30,371 nt of DNA from a virus. Shown one piece after another: positions 23,121-30,371 of this stretch (positions are counted from its first letter, which is position 1; each line of letters begins with the position of its first letter). The DNA is taken from the IMG/VR virus record IMGVR_UViG_2870879507_000003; one strand, written 5' to 3'. Below the pieces are notes generated by a model that was not told the DNA's origin, did no database searches, and saw only the letters and a program-made list of their open reading frames with translations. The position numbers were made by a program, and so were the translations under genes.

Positions 23121-24323
23121 ATGAGTGACTTCAACACCTCGGCAGAGCTTACTGTCGAACTCGACCAGAACAGTGTCACGAGTATCGAACGCGAACTCGA
23201 GTCGATCGGTCCCGTCTCGGTTGCGGCCGACGGGGGTAACGTCTCGACGCAGGTCTCCTCGGCGACGAGTGGGAGTGCCCTCGGGTCGGGACTCGTCGAG
23301 ACGGCGTCCGAGATCCTCGAAGTCAACGAAGACATCCTCGACGAAGTCCGTGGGATGGAAGGTGGCGGTGGCGGGGCCGGCGGCGTCGGCCTCTTCGGTG
23401 GTGTTCTAGCCGGCGGAAAGATATCCAACCTCATCAAAGGCGCGTCACTGTCGGCACTCGTCAGCAAGGTGCCGCTGAAGACACTCCTCAAGCGGACCCC
23501 GGCATTTGCAACGATCGTCACGGCAGCCACCCTCTCAGACGATCTCGTCAAAGGAGAACTCGGTCCAGACGATCTTGTCAGCTCTGCGATCTCGATCGGC
23601 GAACTCCTGACGTTCGACCTGGTCCCGGAGGATCTCTTCGGCAACAAAATCGAGGGGGCGATCGGGGCCGGCGTCCTCATCGGCGGAACTATCCAGATCG
23701 GATCACTTGTCGGCGGGTATCTCGGCGGGACGGCGCTGGGCTCGTATTTCGGCTCGATCGGGATCGGCTCGCTCCTGTCGAGCCTCTCCGGGAGTGTGAG
23801 TGCGTATCTCGGGACGACGAGTATCGGTGCGCTGTTGGCCGGGTTGGCGACATCGCCGGTGACGCTGACGGGCTTGCTCGGCGCGGTCTCGATCGGTGCG
23901 CTCGTGCACGGCGAGCTGCAGCTGCTCGATTACATTACGACGAGCGAAGCCGAAAGCCTGACGCAAACCCAGGAGACGACCAAGCCAAACGAACCGGATG
24001 CCGTGCCCGGACAGACTGTCACGACGACCGACGGAAACACGTATACCGTTGCTGATCCGGCTGATGTACCTGGTCCAAAAGAACTCCCTGGTCCGGGGGA
24101 ATCGAAAGAGTGGGCTGAAGGGCTCCCAAACGACGAGGTATCCAGCAGCCGGACGAACCGCGCTCGCGACCAGCGAGGACAAAACCGCGAGCGGATCGAT
24201 GTCAACGTCGACGGGCAGGTCAAAGTTGACGACCGACGCCAGACCGACGATCAGGTCGCCAGTCAAACAGCCGATGAAATCGAACGCCGTCTCAAGCGTG
24301 AATTGCGGAAACGGAGGCGATAA
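23121..24323 (+). CDS. Putative tape measure protein (short, about 400 aa)
   Basis: Gly/Ser/Leu-rich repeats (SIGELL, IGSLV, IGSLL, SIGALL); C-terminal IDVNVDGQVKVD...IERRL; AGGTGA upstream of ATG 23121. Confidence 0.7.
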   Translation: MSDFNTSAELTVELDQNSVTSIERELESIGPVSVAADGGNVSTQVSSATSGSALGSGLVETASEILEVNEDILDEVRGMEGGGGGAGGVGLFGGVLAGGKISNLIKGASLSALVSKVPLKTLLKRTPAFATIVTAATLSDDLVKGELGPDDLVSSAISIGELLTFDLVPEDLFGNKIEGAIGAGVLIGGTIQIGSLVGGYLGGTALGSYFGSIGIGSLLSSLSGSVSAYLGTTSIGALLAGLATSPVTLTGLLGAVSIGALVHGELQLLDYITTSEAESLTQTQETTKPNEPDAVPGQTVTTTDGNTYTVADPADVPGPKELPGPGESKEWAEGLPNDEVSSSRTNRARDQRGQNRERIDVNVDGQVKVDDRRQTDDQVASQTADEIERRLKRELRKRRR

Positions 24324-24326
24324 ATC

Positions 24327-24902
24327 ATGCTCAAGGGCGCTCGCCTCACGCTCGAGGCGCCGGTCTACGATGATGACAGTCTCAACCCCGCGACTGGCGT
24401 CTTCAGTCTCTCTGACAACCTCCGCATCGGCCCCGGTATTCGTACCGGCGAGTTGATCGGTCCCACTGGATCACAAGTCAGCGCGCTGGTGGACCTCGTC
24501 ACAGGCGGCGACGGCGGACGAGCGGGCTGGCGACTCGATGCCGGCGGCGGCGCTCTCATCGTCGAGTGCGATTTCAGAACGTTCAGTGGGGCTAACGGCC
24601 AATTCGGAGACGGGTCGGGCAACCCACAGGGCGACGCCACCGGCGACGATCTTTTCCGCCAGATCTCAGTGTTCGTTCGCTATCTGAACCGGGGCGTCTA
24701 CGACTCGCGCGGGGGCGCTGTGCTGGAGTTCCTCAAGTGGTCGGAGTCTGGGGTCTACGATCCGATCACGGTCGCGCTCGAAGATCCCCAGACGGTCTAC
24801 GACAGCGAAGACGAGTCGAGCATGTACGACGGGAGCGTGACGTTTGTCTCGACTCGCTCGATCGGCCAAGCAGCGATTTCAAAAAAGCAGGACACCAGAT
24901 AA
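24327..24902 (+). CDS. Putative distal tail (Dit-like) protein
   Basis: Directly after tape measure; 191 aa beta-rich. Confidence 0.5.
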   Translation: MLKGARLTLEAPVYDDDSLNPATGVFSLSDNLRIGPGIRTGELIGPTGSQVSALVDLVTGGDGGRAGWRLDAGGGALIVECDFRTFSGANGQFGDGSGNPQGDATGDDLFRQISVFVRYLNRGVYDSRGGAVLEFLKWSESGVYDPITVALEDPQTVYDSEDESSMYDGSVTFVSTRSIGQAAISKKQDTR

Positions 24903-26051
24903 ATGCCTGATAAACGCCTCTACGCGCTGACGATCCCCGCGGGCAGCCAAACCAGCGCCGGCCTCGAAACCTCGAGCGCCCAGGCGCTTCAGGGGTTGAT
25001 CGACTCCGATATCGGCAACGTTGAGTCGATCGCGACCGAACCGGGCGAGTTCCCGCTCACGGTGGAGTTTCCGGATTCGTACGCCGCCGTCCGCGCCGCC
25101 GAGCTCGCCGAGATGGCCCAGGGGCTGAACGATCCGCTGCCGTACTACGGGATCACCGAGCCGACGACCGACGACGGCTACTACTCGGTCAGTCAAGCGG
25201 ATGTCTCGCCGATCGACCCGCGCTCGCAGGAGTTTCAACGGGCGACGGTCAGATTGCAGCGTGCCGGCACCCGCGATACCCACTGGCGGGCGGCTCGGAC
25301 TCAGGCCAGTCAGGTCGAGACGGACTTCGGCAACGACACCACCAGCGAGATCGGGATCCCCGCGAACGCGACCAAACTCCGGTGGTACAATCCCGAGACA
25401 GCCGCCCGCGCCGCACCGACGATCCAGACCACCCGGACCGGCGAGCACGGGGATATCGACATCATCGATCCCACACAGGGCCCCTATTACGGCGAGGACC
25501 CACTGCTCATCTACGATCTGCCCTACAGTGAGGAGGGGTGGCTGGACCTGCGCGTCTGGGACGATCGCGGGCTGGCCGACAGAACGGACGACAGCGGCGC
25601 ACTCCAGCACCAGAAGGTCTTTTCAACCGCCCACGTCTTCGAGGGCGACGCGATCATCGAGACCGGACTCCTGAAGCTGACGCTCGACGAGGCAACTAAC
25701 ACCCTTGAGGCCGCCCGCTGGGATGATAGCAGCGGCGCCTACAGTGTTGTCAGTCTCGGCAGTAGCGACTGGGAACTGTTCGACGTCGACCTCACCAACA
25801 TCGGCCTGGCGCGGGTCGAAGCCCAGCTCGAGTTCCGCGATCCCACCCAGAGTCCGACAGCCTACTTCTCGCTGGACATGCTCCTCGACCGCGGGTGGAC
25901 CGATGCGTTGTGGATCGTCCCGGAAAATGAGGCTGGCCCGACGCCCCAGGGCCTGCAGGACCTGCTCGATCCGATCGCCCGAAGCGAGCTCATCGACCCG
26001 TTGCATCCCGATGGGAAGACCCTCCAGTCCCGCTCGGAGGTCCGGTTATAG
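24903..26051 (+). CDS. Putative tail tip/baseplate protein
   Basis: Abuts previous gene; position in tail tip module. Confidence 0.58.
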   Translation: MPDKRLYALTIPAGSQTSAGLETSSAQALQGLIDSDIGNVESIATEPGEFPLTVEFPDSYAAVRAAELAEMAQGLNDPLPYYGITEPTTDDGYYSVSQADVSPIDPRSQEFQRATVRLQRAGTRDTHWRAARTQASQVETDFGNDTTSEIGIPANATKLRWYNPETAARAAPTIQTTRTGEHGDIDIIDPTQGPYYGEDPLLIYDLPYSEEGWLDLRVWDDRGLADRTDDSGALQHQKVFSTAHVFEGDAIIETGLLKLTLDEATNTLEAARWDDSSGAYSVVSLGSSDWELFDVDLTNIGLARVEAQLEFRDPTQSPTAYFSLDMLLDRGWTDALWIVPENEAGPTPQGLQDLLDPIARSELIDPLHPDGKTLQSRSEVRL

Positions 26052-27152
26052 ATGCCGACGTTCAGCGACGACTTTGCGGACGGGAGCTTGGATCCGGCCT
26101 GGACAGTCCGCTCTGGCGCGGTCGTCGAGTCGGGATCGACGCTCGCGGGCGACAATTCGGGGACGGTCGCCCGCCAATTCTTTGGTGGAGTGGGCTCGTG
26201 GACGGTCACCGCCACTGACGGCGCGACCGACAGCGATGACATCCGGTACTGGCTCCTCCGGCCGTTTGGAGGCACCGAAGCGACGGGCTACCGACTTGTC
26301 TGCGACAATCAGGTCGAAGCCACGACACCATATCCGATCTGGTGGTTCGAGCGCGTCGATCAGGGGACGGTCGCGTCATCCTCTACGCTGCCATACGACA
26401 CCGGCTGGGAGCTGCCACAGACTGTCATTGCCGATCGCGACACCGCCGGCAAGTGGTCGTTTGAGATCCAGGATGGCACCGGATCGACACTTGCGACCGA
26501 CTCTGTAACTGATAGTACGTACTGGACGTCGGATCGCATCCGACTGGCGCTTAGCGGGGACACCACCGGGACGACAGCCGTCGATCTCGTCAGTGCGGAC
26601 ACAGAGACGATCGGCGCGCCCGCCGGATTAAGCGCCACGCGCAGCGATGCCAACGAGATCACGCTGGACTGGACCGCGCCCTCGGATCGCTCGCCCGATG
26701 GGTATGTCATCTACCGCGCGCAGGCCAGCGGGACGTTCACCACGGACTACTCACAGGTCGCGACGACCGCCAGCGGGACGACCACCTACAGCGATCCCGG
26801 GTTGCTGGATGGCGAGCGGTACTACTACCGGATCACGTCGGACCTGGGGAGTGAGGAGAGCGCACCGAGCAACGAGGCCGCCGCGACGACGGGCCTCCCG
26901 GCGCCGACGGGGTTGACTGTCGACAGCGTCGGCGATGCGACCATTAGTCTGAGTTGGACCAGCAACCACGACAACGGCGACACGCGCGTCGAGTACCGAC
27001 GGAGTGGGGTAACGACTGCGTGGACGACCTACAGCACGGTCAGCCGGACGACCACTTCGGAGACGATCGACGGGCTGCTGAACGGCGAGCGGTACGACCT
27101 CCAGGTCGTCGCGCAGACACCACACGCCGAGGCGTTGGACAGCAGTAGCTAA
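26052..27152 (+). CDS. Tail-associated protein with N-terminal beta-sandwich and two fibronectin type III domains
   Basis: APAGLSAT...ITLDWTAP...GYVIYRA...YSDPGLLDGERYYYRI...PSNE; APTGLTV...ISLSW...DGLLNGERYDLQV. Confidence 0.85.
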   Translation: MPTFSDDFADGSLDPAWTVRSGAVVESGSTLAGDNSGTVARQFFGGVGSWTVTATDGATDSDDIRYWLLRPFGGTEATGYRLVCDNQVEATTPYPIWWFERVDQGTVASSSTLPYDTGWELPQTVIADRDTAGKWSFEIQDGTGSTLATDSVTDSTYWTSDRIRLALSGDTTGTTAVDLVSADTETIGAPAGLSATRSDANEITLDWTAPSDRSPDGYVIYRAQASGTFTTDYSQVATTASGTTTYSDPGLLDGERYYYRITSDLGSEESAPSNEAAATTGLPAPTGLTVDSVGDATISLSWTSNHDNGDTRVEYRRSGVTTAWTTYSTVSRTTTSETIDGLLNGERYDLQVVAQTPHAEALDSSS

Positions 27153-27272
27153 GCGGGAACGGACTAACGGACGTTTCGTAGCGGATTTGGTGAAAAGAAG
27201 AACCTACCGATGAGCGTCCCGGATCCCGCGCTCTATCATCCCACGGTTTCGAGTCAATTAGGTGTTACCCAC

Positions 27273-30200
27273 ATGCCCATCCAAGCAACCACAACCCTGC
27301 CGGACGCCCAGCAACCAACCCTCGGTAACGGCGTCGGGGACGAGATCGCTGTCGACTGGACGGACGTCATCAACTACGGCAGTTACAAACTCCAGTACCG
27401 CGAGGCCGGCGCGACAACCTGGCTCCCTGTCGAGGACAACCAGTTTGGCGTTGTCGGGGGGTTCGCGACCGATGTCACTGAGGTAGGCCCAACGGACGAT
27501 TACGATACTGTCGGCGAGATTTCGACAGATGGTGACTACAACGACATTTTCACGAACCAATACACCGTCTCGGACTTTCCCGATTTCGCCGGATCGGGAC
27601 AGTATGTATATCTGACGTTTTACGCGAAATGGCCGGAGTTGCCGGACTGGGAGGTTTCGGGAACGTGGGTTATTCAGCCGAGTCCGGATCCGGATCGCTA
27701 CCAGCGGTATGTCCTTCGGAGCGACGCGCAGAACCAGCGCGACGAGTACTTCCGGATCTATTTTAACACAAACCAGTCCGGATTTACGGCCCGTCTCGCC
27801 GCTCCGACCGTCTACCGAGATACGGTGTCTGTCGACGATACAACGTCCTCGGACATCATTCCACGACTGGAGGATGGCGAGGAGTACGAGGTCCGTGCCA
27901 GGACCGAGACCGAACACCGGACAGGGGCCTGGACCACCGCCGAGACGATCGTCACCAAGTTCCCGGGCGCCGATCAACTCAGTGCAACCGCGACGAGCGC
28001 AACCAGCGTCGACCTCTCGTGGATTGATAACGCCGACAACGAGGATGGGTTTATCGTCGAGCGCAGACGGGAGTACGATTACGGCTGGGGGCCGTGGCTC
28101 ACGCAGGCGGATCTCGCACCCAACACAGAGAGCTACACAGATGGGACGGTCCAGCCAGGGATCACCTACGAGTACCGCGTCGAGGCCTATACCGAGCATA
28201 CGAGTGCAACCTCCCCGGCGTCGAGCGAGTCCACCCCGGCGTTGAGCATCCAGCGCGGGCGGGTCGGCACCGGCTGGTACGTCGAGATCGACAAGTCAGC
28301 AACCACGACGTATACACCGGAGATCGCCGCCGACGCTGTCGACTATAGCCAGCCCGTCAACGGCCGTCCGGAGGTCCGGATTGCCGTGCCGCAGAGCCCG
28401 CGTTGGGAGGATGGCCTGCTGGAGTCGGACATGCGCGTCTGGCAAAACGGCCAACGGCTCCCGATCGAGGAGTTGCAGGATATTGAGGAGCAGGATGGTA
28501 AAGCGATCCTCGTCGGACGGGGGGGCATCCAGCTCGATCGCGACCTGCAACGGGAGATCTCGCAAGCCCCCGTCTACAGCGAGGTTGCTGATGTCATCGC
28601 GACAAAGACGGACTATGCAACGGCCGTCGACAACCCTGATAGCGAGACGACAACGGACGCGCTCGTCCAGCATGGCGAGACAACTGAGTGGGAGGATATC
28701 GTTGTCGACCCGTCGGAGTACGGAGCCGGGGGGGCAGGCGTCCCGCTCCCCAACGACGCGTTAGAGCTCCTCCAGATCTGCAAATTCGCAACAGTCTATA
28801 ACAACCAAACCGACACTGACGGCTCGGTCATGATAGCTGACGGGACCGAGAGCTTTTATCCGATCGATGGAGTCTATGCCAAGTTGGATGGGCAAGCCTC
28901 GATTGCGGCGACCTGGACGCCGGGCTATACGATCCCGGCCGATCGAGCGGGGGTCGCGATCCATGTCCTCGATGTCAACGCAACGGATGCAGCGACACTC
29001 GACGACTCCGAGCTCGTCCTTGATGCGCCCGGCAACACCGAGACGCTCGACGAGATCGTCGGGACATCTGGCTGGAACCGCTACGAAAACCTCTCGTCTG
29101 AGTTTGCTAAAGGGCTCCCGACGACGCTCGAGCTCTCGTCGACGAGCGAGATTACCTACTGGATCGACGCGATCGTCCTCTACGATACGCAATACGGCGT
29201 CCAACTGAGCGAGCCCTCAAGCCACAGCGAGTACCAAGTCGCCGATCCGGATCTCTACCCGACGCTGTCCATCCAGTTTGCGGATGTGACACTCGATCAA
29301 AGTGTGACCGGCGCGACCTTTGAGGGCGACTTCGACAACGTGAGTAACGAGCAGCAAATCGAGTTGTCGAACGATGGCGGGTCGTCCTGGCTCTCAGCAA
29401 CCAATAGTCACACGTTCAGCACCCAATTTGGGAGTCTCGGGCCATCTTTGACCGCCCGCGTCACCCTCTCGGCCTACGGACAACGGTCCGATAGATCACC
29501 CACGACCGGGTATCTGGGTCAGACACTCGAGACGATGGATCTGTTTGCCGATCTCGACGACACCGCGCTCATCATCGACGATGTCGTCGAGTCGACGGTT
29601 GGGGAGTTTTTGGCAGCAAAAGCAGAGTACTCAAACTCTCTCTGGGAGCTGCAGTGGGATGACACGCAGCAAACGATCGAGTTTAATTGGACCAAACCCG
29701 GCCAGCGCACGAGCGAGTCAGCGATCGCTGTCAGCGCCTACCGCAAGCAGTCCTCGATCCAAGACAATTACGACCAGATCCGCGTCAAGGGCTCGGCGGT
29801 AGAGGATAGCGAGTTGCTCGGCGTCACGTCCTCTACGATCGACTTGACGCGGGCCCATCTCGAGCCCGGCAGTGTGCGGGTGGTCGATGCCGATACAGAC
29901 ACGGTCTACGAGCGTGGCGTGGACTATACGATTGCGTATATTCCCGGCACGTTGCACATCCTCTCCGGGGGACGGATCGCAACCGACGGCAGCGACAGCC
30001 TCGACGTGAGCTATCAGTATCGCAACGTCGCGACGGCGACCGTCGGCTCACCCCCACAACCGTATCAAACGCGGACGGTCACTGTCCCCGGGCTCCTCTC
30101 CGAGCGTGAGTGTGGCATCGAGGCGCGTCGCATCGCCGAGCAAATGGCCGATCCCCGCGTCGAGGGTTCGGTGACGATTCCCCCGGTGCCCGCTGACTTC

Positions 30201-30371
30201 AGCGCGATCGACGAACTTGATCTGGCCGGATTGCCCGGAGAGAGCGTCCAGGTGATGGACATCAACGCAACAACTGAGGGGACGACCGTGCGAATCGGAT
30301 CCAGACAGGGGCTCGGCGAGATCATCTCGCAACTACAGGACCGTATCGAGCGCGTCTCCGAGCACGTCTGA
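27273..30371 (+). CDS. Large central tail/hub protein with N-terminal FN3 domains (receptor-binding candidate)
   Basis: LEDGEEYEVRA, VDLSWIDNADNEDGFIVERR...YTDGTVQPGITYEYRVEAY; C-terminal hub-like YDQIRVKG...EGSVTIP; ATG 27273 preferred over 27210; TGA at window end. Confidence 0.8.
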   Translation: MPIQATTTLPDAQQPTLGNGVGDEIAVDWTDVINYGSYKLQYREAGATTWLPVEDNQFGVVGGFATDVTEVGPTDDYDTVGEISTDGDYNDIFTNQYTVSDFPDFAGSGQYVYLTFYAKWPELPDWEVSGTWVIQPSPDPDRYQRYVLRSDAQNQRDEYFRIYFNTNQSGFTARLAAPTVYRDTVSVDDTTSSDIIPRLEDGEEYEVRARTETEHRTGAWTTAETIVTKFPGADQLSATATSATSVDLSWIDNADNEDGFIVERRREYDYGWGPWLTQADLAPNTESYTDGTVQPGITYEYRVEAYTEHTSATSPASSESTPALSIQRGRVGTGWYVEIDKSATTTYTPEIAADAVDYSQPVNGRPEVRIAVPQSPRWEDGLLESDMRVWQNGQRLPIEELQDIEEQDGKAILVGRGGIQLDRDLQREISQAPVYSEVADVIATKTDYATAVDNPDSETTTDALVQHGETTEWEDIVVDPSEYGAGGAGVPLPNDALELLQICKFATVYNNQTDTDGSVMIADGTESFYPIDGVYAKLDGQASIAATWTPGYTIPADRAGVAIHVLDVNATDAATLDDSELVLDAPGNTETLDEIVGTSGWNRYENLSSEFAKGLPTTLELSSTSEITYWIDAIVLYDTQYGVQLSEPSSHSEYQVADPDLYPTLSIQFADVTLDQSVTGATFEGDFDNVSNEQQIELSNDGGSSWLSATNSHTFSTQFGSLGPSLTARVTLSAYGQRSDRSPTTGYLGQTLETMDLFADLDDTALIIDDVVESTVGEFLAAKAEYSNSLWELQWDDTQQTIEFNWTKPGQRTSESAIAVSAYRKQSSIQDNYDQIRVKGSAVEDSELLGVTSSTIDLTRAHLEPGSVRVVDADTDTVYERGVDYTIAYIPGTLHILSGGRIATDGSDSLDVSYQYRNVATATVGSPPQPYQTRTVTVPGLLSERECGIEARRIAEQMADPRVEGSVTIPPVPADFSAIDELDLAGLPGESVQVMDINATTEGTTVRIGSRQGLGEIISQLQDRIERVSEHV

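Larger units (their letters stand above)
1..30371 (+). mobile_element. Haloarchaeal tailed virus/provirus (Caudoviricetes, siphovirus-like), partial: early genes plus head-neck-tail module
   Basis: Colinear TerS-TerL-portal-protease-scaffold-capsid-neck-tail tube-chaperone-tape measure-tail tip order; acidic proteins; no sheath gene; ends (att, integrase) not in window. Confidence 0.93.

Noticed and set aside
27203-27266. Third k-turn (ACCGATGAG core)
   Set aside because: No matching GA-GG partner strand; the GA pairs in an ordinary GAGCG/CGCTC stem instead
27210-27272. Upstream start of the large tail gene at 27210
   Set aside because: The extra 21 codons look non-coding; ATG 27273 preceded by AGGTG fits better
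26052-30371. DGR or invertible tail-fibre shufflon
   Set aside because: No reverse transcriptase, recombinase, TR/VR pair or inverted crossover repeats seen; FN3 similarities are short and at protein level
1-30371. CRISPR array or IS element
   Set aside because: No regularly spaced repeat-spacer array, transposase ORF or terminal inverted repeats with target duplication detected by eye

Overview
This window is about 30 kb of a tailed virus or provirus of a halophilic archaeon. The sequence is high-GC, the proteins are very acidic, and there is a Tat lipoprotein and several CPxCG micro-proteins. The virus looks siphovirus-like because no sheath gene is seen. From left to right: (i) a tightly coupled early/middle gene chain (wHTH, beta-class amino-MTase with an inserted domain, zinc-finger micro-proteins, GNAT, HTH); (ii) a putative terminator and promoter, an atypical tRNA-Phe(GAA), a degenerate tRNA-like element, small membrane proteins and an RHH cassette with tandem repeats; (iii) the head module (TerS, gp7-like protein, TerL, portal, protease, scaffold, major capsid protein); (iv) the neck and tail module (adaptor, neck, terminator, tail tube, chaperone with -1 slippery sites, a short tape measure, Dit-like and hub proteins, FN3 tail-tip proteins) with several inserted accessory genes. 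No integrase, replicase, RT or CRISPR array is visible, so the element extends beyond the window. The most unusual signal is a pair of kink-turn-like RNA motifs (CCC-GAT-GA...hairpin...GA-GGG). They sit in the non-coding gaps just before the scaffold/capsid genes and the tail-tube gene, suggesting possible L7Ae-dependent control of high-copy virion proteins. All product calls come from motif recognition and synteny; no database search was run.
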